The notes: generated from the sequence alone by a model not told the origin. A stretch of 62,323 nt of DNA, filler included, from Aduncisulcus paluster (GCA_024181965.1; 4 parts of 4 records of this genome joined end to end with filler, not necessarily neighbours in it), one strand, 5' to 3'. Shown: positions 1 through 11,440, counted from the first letter of the whole stretch. Numbers and translations are program-made.

Positions 1-1249
1 CCTCTTCTTTCTCTCTTTGACGTTTTAATTCAAGCTTTTCTCTCTCTTTTTCCTCTTCAATTGCACGTTTTTTAGCTTCTTCACGGTGTTTTTCATATTC
101 CTTCTCTAATTGCCTCCGGTGTTCTTCTTGTTCGCGCAATATAAGCTGACGACGCTCTTCTTTTCGTTGCACTTCTAATTCTTTCTGTTTTTGAAGCTCT
201 TTCTCCCGTTTCTTCTTCTCTTTTCCTTCCTTGAGCCCTGCAAATACTTCCCATGAGAATCCTGGCGGTGAAGAGGAGGGAAGAGGGGAAGATGGTTCGA
301 TTTCTTGCTCGAAAAACTCCTTCTTACTGCCAACAGAGGGCGCATGTGAGGTCCCAGAGGTTGCTTGATTGGAATTAGGATGAGATATTTCAGAGTCACG
401 TGTTATCCTCGATGGACTAATTGCCCCTTCTTTGGTCTGTTGTACAGATGCATCGGGATGAGTTTTCTGAGAGAGAGAAAGGGTTTGAGAATGCAGAGAA
501 TGAGAGTCATGGGGACCAGGAACTATTCCAACAAAAGAGCTCCATGTACTTTCCGTCATTGAATCCTCTGCTATTGGTCTCTTATGATCTCCGGCAGATT
601 TGGCAGATTCGGCTTCAATGACATGGGAATGTCGAGGATCTGAAGAATATGACATTCGATGCAAAGGATGTTCTATGACTTGTATTTTGGCAGCAAACTT
701 TGGGTGAGGGTTCTCTGATAATAATATTGGTGTTGAAATTGGAGGGAAACAACTGTTTTGGTGATTCGAAAGAGGCTCACTCTTAGGGTCACCATGTGGT
801 GAATAAATTTTTTGAAAGTTTCTTTTTGTGGATTGTAATGTCGAAGGAGAGGAAGGAGAATCCTCTGCCCAACGCACACGAACACTTGAAGATGGAGAGG
901 ATGAAGATTCAATACCAGATAGAAAAATTTTCGATCTAGGATGATGACGTGTTGTAGAAGATAATGAATTGGAATATGCTTGAGATAAATAGGTAGAACG
1001 TGCTGGTTCACGGGGAGATCTGCCGTATAAGCTGGATTTTACAGAAAAGTGAGAAGTAGGAATAGAAGCAACATGTGGTATGTCCCTATTAACTTTTGAT
1101 GATAATAAATGCTCTCTAAAATCGGTTATTTTTTTCGGGGATCGCTGGGAATGTGTTGGAACTGGAGATGGAGGAAGTGGAGGGAGACTTTCGAATTCAA
1201 AATCGCGATTCCCAACTAAATTAATGCTGGTACTATGTGTTGATCTCAT
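1..1249 (-). CDS. Hypothetical protein, 3'-partial (Ser/Pro-rich N-terminus followed by E/K/R-rich coiled coil)
   Basis: Manually translated open frame from ATG at 1249 (MRSTHSTSINLVG...) to the window edge (...ELKRQREKEE) with no stop. Absent from the ORF track because the stop lies outside the window. Confidence 0.75.
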   Translation of the reverse strand, partial: MRSTHSTSINLVGNRDFEFESLPPLPPSPVPTHSQRSPKKITDFREHLLSSKVNRDIPHVASIPTSHFSVKSSLYGRSPREPARSTYLSQAYSNSLSSTTRHHPRSKIFLSGIESSSSPSSSVRVRWAEDSPSSPSTLQSTKRNFQKIYSPHGDPKSEPLSNHQNSCFPPISTPILLSENPHPKFAAKIQVIEHPLHRMSYSSDPRHSHVIEAESAKSAGDHKRPIAEDSMTESTWSSFVGIVPGPHDSHSLHSQTLSLSQKTHPDASVQQTKEGAISPSRITRDSEISHPNSNQATSGTSHAPSVGSKKEFFEQEIEPSSPLPSSSPPGFSWEVFAGLKEGKEKKKREKELQKQKELEVQRKEERRQLILREQEEHRRQLEKEYEKHREEAKKRAIEEEKEREKLELKRQREKEE

Positions 1250-1517
1250 ATCATAGAAAATATTATTTGTTATTCTTTCAGAAACAAGAAATTTTATGAT
1301 TTTTTCGTAAGATTTTAACAACAATGATAATTTTATATTCATTGTGAATTTATTATTGTATAGTTACAATACTTCCCGGGGAATCATTCAAATAAGAAGA
1401 ATTCGTCTTACATTGAGTGTAGGGCAAAATGCAATATAAGATTCTGTTTATCTTCAAAAAAGAAATAAATATGATAAAATTCGACAGAAGACATCGTCTA
1501 GATGTCTACCAAGTTAT

Positions 1518-2025
1518 TTACTGAGCATCAGCAACCTTCCACTGCTTCTTGATCCATTCACTGGCCTTAGACTCAACACCCCATGTCTTAACGACACAAG
1601 AGGAGCAGCGAACCTCACGGGTAGGCTCACCTTCCTCGTCAAGCTTAACAAGACCGGACCAGACACCGAGCTCACGACCAGTGGGAACAGTGTAGAGGGG
1701 GATCTCGTTCTGCTTACAAAGAGCAGTAACAAGTTTCTTGTAACTGTCGTGATCACAGTCCTCAGCAAGGATACAGAGGATAGCTTGACGGGAGTCAAGG
1801 CAGTGAACAACACGACGAAGACCGCAAACAAGACCATCGTTGTACATGGATGTTTTAACAATCTCCTCTAAAGCGGTAGGCTCATCGTATTCCTTGGGGC
1901 CAGTGGCGATTTCTTCTTGAATTTGGACTTCTCTAAAAAAATGTATGGAAAATGAGAAAAAATAAGACGATTAGGCTTAATAGTAATAATTTCAACAATT
2001 CTTAAACATACCCGTCAGCAGACAT
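1518..2025 (-). CDS. RPS12: 40S ribosomal protein S12 (eS12); exons 2025-2012 and 1932-1518, intron 2011-1933 (79 nt)
   Basis: L7Ae-family eS12 motifs DGLVCGLRRVV, LCILAEDCD, YKKLVTALC, ELGVWSGL, VRCSSCVVK. The GTATGT...TAG intron restores an in-frame N-terminus MSADGEVQIQEE. Strong codon bias. Confidence 0.93.
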
Positions 2026-2433
2026 ATTACTGATTTCCTCGATAGCAAGAAAGAGCTGATTTGTTTCTGTCTCAATTTAGCATTGAGAAACAGTTAAATA
2101 TTCTTCTGTCGCTAATTTATCCATTTCAAACAAGAATTTTCATTTATTTTGACAATTAATTATTTTACTTGTAAATATTCTTTGTTTATGCACACAGAAA
2201 AGGTGATGGAAGAAATCAACGCTGTTATGGGCCGAAAAGAAATTTGAATCAAATACCACCTTCAAAAAACGAATCGTATACTAATACTATCTGCCTTTGG
2301 AAAGATGAAAAATATAAAATATCTTGTTCATTTGATGTAAATCGACAAATACTCACGATGTCTATTTTTGGAAGTGGAGTGAGTGGATGATATAAAATGT
2401 GTCCTTGCGCAACGGAATAGTAGCCTATACAGA

Positions 2434-3158
2434 ATGCCCGCCAAGAAATTTGACCCCAATGAGGAGACTATTGGTATGTAATTTTATTTTGTATATTATT
2501 TGCGTTTTCCATTGATTTGTTTGGAACGACGCTTTATAGATATATAGGGAATGAAAATATTTATTTTTTATTGTTAATTCATATTATAATATAGTATACC
2601 TTGTCGTCAAGGGAGGAAAGCCCCCAGCTTCTCAGGTTTTAGCCCCTAAGGTTGGTCGTTTGGGTGTTAACCCCAACGCCATCGCTAAGCAGGTTGCTGC
2701 TGAGACCCAAGGGTGGAAAGGTCTCACTGTTACTGTTGAACTTAAGATCAAATGTCGTAAGGCTACCATGAACGTGGTTCCTTCCACTGCTGGTCTTGTT
2801 ATCTCCCGTATCAAAGAAGGAGCTCGTACTAAGGGTATGTTTTTTTAGATTATATTTAACTTTAGTTGTTTTTGTTGTTTAATTCGTCGTGTTAATTTAT
2901 TTATATTTTTTTTCAAAATGATTATGATTTTTAGACACTCCCCACGCTGGTCCCATCGCCTGGTCCGATGTTGTCGATATTGCTCGTGGTCTCCTTGAGA
3001 AGAACAAGACTCTTTCCAAGGATGTTGCCGCCGCTTGCCGTGAGGTCATTGGTACTGTTCGTTCTGTTGGTGGTCATATCGAATACGAAGGAGAGGCCAT
3101 CAGCTGTGAAGAGATGACCGAGATGATCAAAGACAAGAAGGTTCCCATTGCCGAATAA
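2434..3158 (+). CDS. RPL12: 60S ribosomal protein L12 (uL11); exons 2434-2473, 2595-2834, 2935-3158 (167 aa)
   Basis: Spliced translation MPAKKFDPNEETIVYLVVKGG...LAPKVGRLGVNP...WKGLTVTVELKI...VVPSTAGLVI...EVIGTVRSVG matches eukaryotic uL11. Two GTATGT...TAG introns (121 and 100 nt) keep the frame. Confidence 0.95.
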
Positions 3159-3390
3159 ATATTGATCATATAACTTGAAACCCTATATTTGAAATGTTCT
3201 TGGCAACATTTCAAACTTTGAAATTCAAAGTGAGGATCTTTGTGCTGGAAAAAATAAAAAATTAATGTCATTTTTTAAAGGAAAGCCATTTATTACTTTG
3301 ATTTCAACCTTTGAAAAAAATTATTTCAGGTGTAGTGGAAAATACATCTAACAACAACAAAGAACATAAAATGACGGTAAATAATATTAA

Positions 3391-4476
3391 TTACCATTTA
3401 TCTCCTAATTTTTCACGTATTTCATCAAACATTGGGTGCTTCATAGCATCAATGGTGCAAAGACGCTCATCATGATCGAATAGCAACAATTTCTTCATAA
3501 GATCGAGACTTTGAGGTGTTACTAGGGGTAGAGAGAACGCCTTTCCTCGTGGGGATGACATGGGAGATGAAGCAGATGTACTACTTGGAGATATGATTCG
3601 TGAAGATGGCCTCGGAAGAGGGGCACCTTTTCCGAGATCTTCCCAAACCACAGGTTCCCTTCCAGAAAGTTTCTGAGTAAGTTTTTCTTCGATAGGAATG
3701 TCATATTTTAACAGATAATCAGATAGACTCTTGGATCCGAGATAATCAACGATAAGACCAAGCTGCATGCCAGTATCCTTCCCTTTGAAGAAAGGGTCCC
3801 TTTGGAACATCATACCAACCATAATGCAGCCAACACTCCACATGTCAACGTTATAGGAATAATTTTTATAGCCGACGAGCAACTCTGGAGCCTTGAAATA
3901 TCTAGAAGCGACTCGAACGTTATTCTTTACATCTGGGATATAAAACTCTGCTAATCCAAAGTCAATAATTGTCAATTCTTTTTTGCGTTCATCGATGAGC
4001 AAATTGAGCGGTTTGACATCTCGATGCATTATTCCTTGGCTATGGACATAATTCAATCCCTTAATAAGTTGATAAATATAATAGACAAAATCATCATAGG
4101 ATACTTTCACCATAAAAGTGGGCCAGTCCACAGTAGGAACATATTTGAAAACAAGAGCAATTGATCTCATTCCTTCACATTTTATAATATCCAAAAGGGG
4201 GACAACATGTGGTCCACCTCGTATTAAAGCTAATACTTTTGCTTCTCGTTTAATTCGTTTATCTTTAACAGGTTTCAATGCCTTAATAACAACATATTCC
4301 TCCCTGACACTATCAATTCCAAGAAAGGCATCAGAATATTTTCCTTTCCCTATTCTCCTAACAAGTAAATAACGGGAAGGTGATCGGGTACACAATTCTA
4401 TCTGGTCATATTCTGTGTACAACTTTTCTTTATGGGCGCATACATCTCTATAATATTTTGGATAAGTAATGTTCAT
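3391..4476 (-). CDS. CSNK2A: Casein kinase II catalytic (alpha) subunit
   Basis: GKGKYS, LKPVKDKRIKRE, MHRDVKPLN, GLAEFY, NVRVASRYFKAPELLV, DMWSVGC and PFFKG are CK2alpha signature motifs. Confidence 0.93.
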   Translation of the reverse strand: MNITYPKYYRDVCAHKEKLYTEYDQIELCTRSPSRYLLVRRIGKGKYSDAFLGIDSVREEYVVIKALKPVKDKRIKREAKVLALIRGGPHVVPLLDIIKCEGMRSIALVFKYVPTVDWPTFMVKVSYDDFVYYIYQLIKGLNYVHSQGIMHRDVKPLNLLIDERKKELTIIDFGLAEFYIPDVKNNVRVASRYFKAPELLVGYKNYSYNVDMWSVGCIMVGMMFQRDPFFKGKDTGMQLGLIVDYLGSKSLSDYLLKYDIPIEEKLTQKLSGREPVVWEDLGKGAPLPRPSSRIISPSSTSASSPMSSPRGKAFSLPLVTPQSLDLMKKLLLFDHDERLCTIDAMKHPMFDEIREKLGDKW

Positions 4477-4790
4477 TTCAAATGAATAGCTAAATATTCA
4501 ACAAATATATTATTAAATCAACAAGGGATAGATTATATTTGCTGTACAAAACCCTTTTTTGCGTCAATCATTTTCAAATTGGCCAAATATGATTTATAGT
4601 CATAAAATGGAATTGAAATCGGCTTGATAGATGGTGTATTCTAAAATATATCCATTAAAGATTTCTAAAATTTCTAAAGTAATGAAATATGGAAAATTCG
4701 AAAAAAACGAATGATTTTGCAACCGATACGATTTTTTCCACCTTTTTTTACTGCTATTTCTCTATTCTTTTATTTAATTAATTGTTTAAA

Positions 4791-6695
4791 ATGGACGCAG
4801 GTCAACTTCTAAAGAATGGAAATAGGAAGTTTGCGTTCCTTCAGAGTCGAGAAGATAAATCAACTGATATTGTCCCGAATACGCAGTTTCATGTTTTGGG
4901 TCCTGTTATTCATGATTCGCATCATGTTGTACTCCCTCAAAAATCAAGAAACATATTTATTGACTATTCTAAGCCTGGTGATGAAATATATCAAGGATCT
5001 GTGCTTGGAAATAAGTTAAATCCACAATCTAAACTGGGGTCTACTCAAAAAAGTGTTATTAAAAGGGTTGATGATATTGCAAATGAAGATGTTGCCTTTT
5101 CTGATGTTGTCGATGAAGATCATCATTCTGCATTTGAAAATTATCTTTCAGATGAACTTGTTGGTAAATTAACCGAGTCAGGTTTCTTCAAAACTTTTAT
5201 TCTGATTATTATCATTATCAATGCTATTATGACAGGTGTACAGACCGACGATTCTGTAAATAGATCAATTGGAAGTATTCTTGACCTTTTGGATGTTATC
5301 TTTCTTGTTATATTTACTGTTGAAATTCTTTTAAAGTGGTATCATTCATTTATCGATTTTTGGAAAAGTGGATGGAATTGGTTCGATTTTGTAATTGTTT
5401 TTGTTTCAATTCTTGGATCAAGTATTTCATTTATTTCATCTGCTCGAGTTTTGCGTGTTTTACGTGTTCTCCGTGCTTTCCGATCTCTTCGATCCATCAC
5501 CATTCTCCAGGGACTTCAGATCATTGTTGAGACTGTATTTAAGTCTGTTCCTTCCATGGTGAATGTTCTTTTGATGATTGTTCTTGTTATGTTCATCTTT
5601 TCCATTGTTGGAGTGACTGTTCTTGCTGCAGACATTCCAGAGTACTTTGCGTCCCTTTCTGATGCTTTTTATTCATGTTTTACGCTGCTTACCCAAGATG
5701 GATGGGTGGATATTTATCGACGAACGGAAGAAACCGGGCATAAAACGTTTGGTGGAATTTATTGTTTTTCTTTCATTGTTCTCGGAGCCTTTGTTTTGGC
5801 AAACATTATCGTGGGAGTCACAACCAATCTCCTGTTGAAAGCACATAAGGAAATTAAGATCGCCAAGAAAATGAAATCTCGAAGGCTTCACAGGCAGCAG
5901 AAGCGGACAGGAATGGTGACCAAGACGCAAGGACTTCAGCTTGGGAATGGGATGATATCCACCACACATAAGGATACAATTAGTAGCAGAATTGTCGATG
6001 CTAAAGTGTATGAACGTCAGCGACCCATCTGTGTGCCTCAAATCAAACCATCCGCACAGAGTCTTGAGACGTATCTACTTATCTTAGGGGCTGTTCAGGA
6101 CAATTTGAATGAGTTCTGCCAACTCCATCAGGAACTCCAGGCCATATTTGCTGAGATTGCTGAGATAAATGTTGATCTTGAGCATGCAAATGTGGATGGA
6201 ACACTTGGGATCAGTGATGGTGAGAGTAGCAAGCACGAGGAAGAAGAGGAAACATCAGACACTGCCGATGTTGTCACAGCAATGATTAGACGCGAGAAGA
6301 AGATGAAAGAGAAGCAGTCAAGAGCCATTCAAAGGTACAACGCAGCCAATCGTATCCGTATCAAGAGAGTCATGGACAGTGCAAAGTCCTGGAGTGATAA
6401 GAAGGAGCGTATGAAATACTGGCTTGAAGGGAAGCTATTGGCCAAGTTCTCCCTGCAACCGGGTGCCACTGCTGGGTCAACTATTCTGCCATCCCCAAGG
6501 TCTGCGAAAGATGTTATCGTAACGACAAGGGAAGACAAGAGAAGTCGCAAAGAGAGACTGAAGAGGGAAAAAGAAGAGGAGAAGAGGATAATTATGGAGA
6601 AGAAGAGACAGGATAAAGAAGATAAGAGGAGGAAAGAATTCGAAAGTGGAAGAGGAATTGAAATGGGGGAGATTCGAACAACAGGTTCAAGGTAG
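4791..6695 (+). CDS. CATSPER4: Single-domain 6-TM voltage-gated cation channel, CatSper4-like
   Basis: S2-S3 FWKSGWNWFDF, S4 RVLRVLRVLRAFRSLR, pore TQDGW (5691-5705), S6 FVLANIIVG, and C-terminal helix YLLILGAVQDNLNEF..L..EL..I..EI typical of CatSper3/4. First ATG at 4791. Confidence 0.82.
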   Translation: MDAGQLLKNGNRKFAFLQSREDKSTDIVPNTQFHVLGPVIHDSHHVVLPQKSRNIFIDYSKPGDEIYQGSVLGNKLNPQSKLGSTQKSVIKRVDDIANEDVAFSDVVDEDHHSAFENYLSDELVGKLTESGFFKTFILIIIIINAIMTGVQTDDSVNRSIGSILDLLDVIFLVIFTVEILLKWYHSFIDFWKSGWNWFDFVIVFVSILGSSISFISSARVLRVLRVLRAFRSLRSITILQGLQIIVETVFKSVPSMVNVLLMIVLVMFIFSIVGVTVLAADIPEYFASLSDAFYSCFTLLTQDGWVDIYRRTEETGHKTFGGIYCFSFIVLGAFVLANIIVGVTTNLLLKAHKEIKIAKKMKSRRLHRQQKRTGMVTKTQGLQLGNGMISTTHKDTISSRIVDAKVYERQRPICVPQIKPSAQSLETYLLILGAVQDNLNEFCQLHQELQAIFAEIAEINVDLEHANVDGTLGISDGESSKHEEEEETSDTADVVTAMIRREKKMKEKQSRAIQRYNAANRIRIKRVMDSAKSWSDKKERMKYWLEGKLLAKFSLQPGATAGSTILPSPRSAKDVIVTTREDKRSRKERLKREKEEEKRIIMEKKRQDKEDKRRKEFESGRGIEMGEIRTTGSR

Positions 6696-7579
6696 AAAGT
6701 TTGAATTGTTTCAATTCTATATAAGAGAAAATACTCGTCATACTTCATTGATAATCATATATGTTATAATTCATTCACCTGGTCGAGAATGACACTATAC
6801 TATTTGAAGTTGCAATATTTCATGGTTCTTGTTTCTCGTTCTAAATGCATAACATGGATGGAGTTTATTGTTATTGAAGGAACAGAAAAGATTGAGTGAT
6901 TTGTACTATGATATACTAAATCTTCCCAGGTGACTATTGAAATTGATAAAATTCAATATGATGTGACGAAGTCAATATTTACGATCGGGTTTATTTATTA
7001 TTTACGCTTATTCATGCAGCATATATGATATAGAAAAAAGGAGAAAAAACACTAAACATGACGATCAAACCATTCAAACGGTTACGTTTATATATATTAT
7101 TATTATTATAGCAAGGTACAAAAAAGAGAGAGTGAGAGAGAGTGAGACCACGAGATATTGGACAGGAATTATTAATAATTAAAAAGATATTCATCAATTT
7201 CAAAGAAATTAGATAGAAAATATGTTCCAACCAAGTGTGTCATACAAAATAAATAATATCATATCAAAAAATGAGGGAAAAGATGGGAAGATGTGGTGAG
7301 AAAAACCACGTTGTTGAAGAAAAATTTAGAGAAAAAAAAAAAAAAAACAAAATTACCATTGAAAAATCAACATATGAAGGATTAATACTTGCAGTAAAAA
7401 TCGAATCATTCGAGCAAATAAACAAACAGAGAGTTGCAGTTAAATGGGACATTATAAACTTATTAAATTAAAAGGAAAGAATATAATATCTGCAAATAAT
7501 AAATAAAAAAGTGACAACAACAACAAAAAAAAAAAAAATGGGAAGAATTTTGTAAGAATTATGATCATATATAATGGAA

Positions 7580-10500
7580 TCATAATTGGTATACGTTCAA
7601 ACATTTAATGGCAAATATTTCACCGCCAACATTTCCACTTTTCTTAGTCACTCTCCGACAGGCCTTTTCCCACTCAGATTGACGACCATATGCGGCCAAT
7701 GTCTTGCATAGGGTGCCTCTGATGGAACAAGCAAGGCACTTCATCTCGTGAGTATGTGGGGAACCAGATACAATCGGAGCAGAGTCATAACAACAACAAT
7801 ACGAACCATACGACAATTGGCCTGATTGTTGAGGGTCAGATTGCATTCCTCCAAAATCACGCATGGCTTTTATCGAAGATGAGGAACGATATGTCCGTGA
7901 ATCACGAGTATCCTTACATTTCAACAAAAAGCCAGTGTATGAGTGGGGATCAACATCCCGATCGACAATGCAAGAGGAGCATGTTCCACCGCCTTTCACA
8001 ACACACATGCATCCGTATCGCTGAGCGGTACACAAGAGAACATCAGAGGAGAAAGGAGAGGAATGGAGAGCACTCGAAGAGAGCAGGGAAGAGAAAGGGT
8101 CTCGAATGGTGGCGATTCCTTTGGTCAAAGATCCATCTTTTAAGTGGGAAATGGTTGGAGGTGAAGGCTTTGAGAAGTTCATGAGATGGGAAGAGGAGCA
8201 GAGAGCAGGTGATGAGATTGAGACAGGAGTTGTTCCATCATCTTTCTCAAGCACAATTCCACCATCATACTTCCCTGCTAATCCCGTACCTTGTCCATGT
8301 TCTTGTCCATGTTCTTGTACATGGATGGGACCATCCTCAAAGTGGGGAATAACACGAAAATCAACGTAAGGTGAGAGGGGAGAATATAATCTGCCATCGA
8401 GATGCTTTGAAGTATGTAAAATGTTGGGATAATTCACAAGGGAGGAAAGGGAAGTGGATGCCGATGCAGGGAGATGTAAGAAGATGTCTGCAGCTGAAAA
8501 CAGCAGAGATACCATCATGGCACTAGGGGAACAGAAGAGAACAAGAGATGACGGATATTTCCTTGAAAATGATACAAGTGACACCAAATAGCGAACAAAA
8601 GATTTATATTTCTTTTCTGAAGATAGAATTTGCACGGAGGAATCTTGTTCATGTGCTTTGGAATCGCATAAAGGATGTTCACCGTGTCGATGTTCCAATT
8701 CTTCAAGTAATGTGACATCAATATCATGTAACACAACACAGATCTTCATTGAAAGCACCACAAGAGAAGGAAGACACCCCATGAAGGCTGAGAGGGCATG
8801 TAATGATGTTGGGGCAAAGAGAAGGAGTGGAATACGTGGTCTAGAACTATGTATTTGTACTGATAGTTTCTTACTCTCAATGTGGTGATCAGATTGGAGT
8901 TCCTCAGGGATGATATCGCAAGAAGATCCAGACCTTGAGATAGACTGTGATCGAGAGTGCAGTCCGCTCATATCATTCCCACTGCTCCCAACACAACTAT
9001 CCTGTCCTTTCCCATCGTCTCGAGACGGATCAGAGATGTCCACACTGTTCATGCTAGTGAATGTATTGATTCCCCCTGTTCCAATGGTCTTATTGGGTGA
9101 TGTGGACAAAGAACACGGCGAAGAAGAACAACATCCTTTTGTCCAACCACAGAGTTCCCACACTCTTTGTTTAGAGGCGTTCTTGCCAGCAGTGACATTG
9201 GAGGAGTCGAATCTCCTTGGTAAGTACACGTTGGAGGCAGGATTATCCAAGAGAGGGGTCTGATTGAGACAATACCGACAGCATAATAGAGAGACAAACA
9301 CACTCCATAAATTGATATCGTGACACCTATGAGTAAATATGGAGGCAGTAACTTTAGCGATGGAATTCTGCAAACGAGGATAAGAACAATATATGGGGAA
9401 AGAACACGGGAGAGAACGAGGGGGGGAGCCTCGTATGAATTCCTTAGCTTCAAGNNNNNNNNNNNNNNNNNNNNGTTCCCACACTCTTTGTTTAGAGGCG
9501 TTCTTGCCAGCAGTGACATTGGAGGAGTCGAATCTCCTTGGTAAGTACACGTTGGAGGCAGGATTATCCAAGAGAGGGGTCTGATTGAGACAATACCGAC
9601 AGCATAATAGAGAGACAAACACACTCCATAAATTGATATCGTGACACCTATGAGTAAATATGGAGGCAGTAACTTTAGCGATGGAATTCTGCAAACGAGG
9701 ATAAGAACAATATATGGGGAAAGAACACGGGAGAGAACGAGGGGGGGAGCCTCGTATGAATTCCTTAGCTTCAAGAGTTTGGGATGGAGATGCTACAGGG
9801 GCCACGGGTACAGTTTTCCCACTGCAAGACATAGATGCCCTTCGTGAGGAAGGACAGGAGGATATTAGAGATGATTCCTCAAGAATACTTCCAGTGGACA
9901 AAATGGTAGCCTTGTCAGAGAGGCAATATGAACACTGTTCAACAATAATATCACTGTTTGTGGCACCATCAATTGATCTCGGAGAGTGAGCATTAGGTTT
10001 CTCTCTGCCCATCATTCTCTGCATATCAGTAGGATATGTGACCCACATCCCAGTTGAGGGGGAGATGGAATGTCTTGGTCTGAAGATGACACCATGATCC
10101 TGAACATGAGAAGAAGGGGGAAGGGAACATTCCTCGCGGGTATATTGAGTGTTTTGAAGACTCTTCATAGATATCCCGGGATAGATTCCCTCGTAGGGTG
10201 GGAATGAAACTCCATGGATGCGTCGAGACTTACGAATACTGCGGACGAGACATCTAAAGCCTCGTTTCATCTCAGATATCAATGATCGCAGGTGTGACGA
10301 GATTAAAAGTATTTTTCGACGATTAATTTGCTTAATCTTGGAAATTAAAGCGATATGAGCACCCTCATCCAACATTAAAGGAGGAGATTCCTTATCTTTT
10401 TCCTCATCAAAATCTACACTTTGGTTAGTATCAACGGACAATGCAACCCCGTCCTCAAGTAACGAATCTATTTTTTTGTGTCTATGAGTCCCTTTCTCTT

Positions 10501-11157
10501 CCTGCGTGGCTTCTCTTTGCTCTATTCCTCCTGAACTTTCACTTGTTGGTTCGATGCATGGCTGATGAACGATGTTTCTTCTATTCTTGCGTGTAATTTT
10601 GATCTTTACGTCGCCTCCGCCTTCACGGATGAGAGAACGAACAAAACCAGTTCCGCCGACAAGCACACGATCGCTGCACACACAACCACACTTGAACACG
10701 CTCACGCAGCCATAGAACTCACAGATAGACTGCTCCACGGGCAACGTGAAGAGAGAGTGGGGGAGAGAGACAAGGTCAAGGAAGGAAGGAGGGAAGAGAA
10801 GATAAGAGAAGGAGAGATGAAAGGGGGTGAAGATAAACTTGGGAATAGGGTCAGGGTTCTGTGTCACACTGCCTGTCCCATATGGTGGAAGGGTAGTATG
10901 GTAAGATGGGATTGACTGCTCGGATATAGATCCTTTGGAATCAGAGGGGTGAAAGATGAAGTCCGGAGGTATCTCAGAACCTCGGGTACAAATGGACAAT
11001 GAACTTTGACCACCAAAAGCACCGATTTGATGGAGTTGCTTCAATTCTTCACCCTTTTTCAGTGTGAATGTCGAAGTATCTTGATCTGCTCCAGTAGAGT
11101 GGACTTCTAATCCATATCGTAGAGTCTTATAGATAAGTGGAATGAATCCTCCATCTT
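7580..11157 (-). CDS. Highly divergent GT5 glycogen/starch-synthase-like protein, 5'-partial, probably catalytically degenerate; contains an artefactual 301-bp duplication
   Basis: Frame is open from the linker gap. Ordered motifs resemble GlgA/starch synthase: PDFIFHPSD (PDIIHCHD), FIFTPFHL (VFTIHNL), KCGCVCSDRV (KAGIVYADRV), NPASNVYLPRRFDSSNVTAGKNASK (NPATD..LP.NY..DDLSGKA.CK), SAADIFLHLP (AGADIFLMPS), AQRYGCMCVVKGGGTCSSCIVD...TGFLL (AMRYGTVPVVR.TGGLADTVVD...TGFVF). Confidence 0.68.
9154..9775. repeat. Direct duplication (9154-9454 / 9475-9775) flanking a 20-N gap; probable unmerged contig overlap
   Basis: Apparently identical 301-bp copies on either side of N20 at 9455-9474. Confidence 0.85.
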
Positions 11158-11257
11158 NNNNNNNNNNNNNNNNNNNNNNNNNNNNNNNNNNNNNNNNNNN
11201 NTTAATTAATTAANNNNNNNNNNNNNNNNNNNNNNNNNNNNNNNNNNNNNNNNNNNN
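11158..11257. other. Artificial contig linker N44-TTAATTAATTAA-N44
   Basis: Exactly 100 nt with a palindromic all-frame-stop core. The same structure recurs at 20687 and 32109. Confidence 0.97.
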
Positions 11258-11440
11258 GACTAGATCTCGAAGTTCAACTGCATAATATTTCCTCCATTTT
11301 GGAGCAAGAAAGGGGGATTCTAACACGGCATGATAAAAACATAAATTTCCTGTCGCTTTAGCTTCTTTGAAGCAAAGGTTTATCACACCTTGTTTAATAT
11401 CATGACGATCGAAATAATCTGAAAGAAATAATTCTGTCAT
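11258..11440 (-). CDS. Hypothetical protein, N-terminal fragment running into the linker gap
   Basis: ATG at 11440 after AT-rich upstream DNA; 61 open codons to the gap. No recognisable motif. Confidence 0.35.

Noticed and set aside
1514-1861. Overlapping alternative-frame and antisense ORFs in the ORF track (here and inside most long genes)
   Set aside because: Shadow ORFs produced by codon bias; the main frame carries the conserved motifs.
9154-9775. Apparent 100-aa internal repeat in the GT5-like protein (and similar repeats in Nup155, the membrane protein and the ABCA-like protein)
   Set aside because: Near-identical copies abut N20 gaps, and collapsing them restores or preserves the frame; assembly overlap.
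11202-11213. TTAATTAATTAA palindrome recurring three times as a possible regulatory or recombination site
   Set aside because: Always centred in exactly 44+44 Ns; a synthetic six-frame-stop linker.
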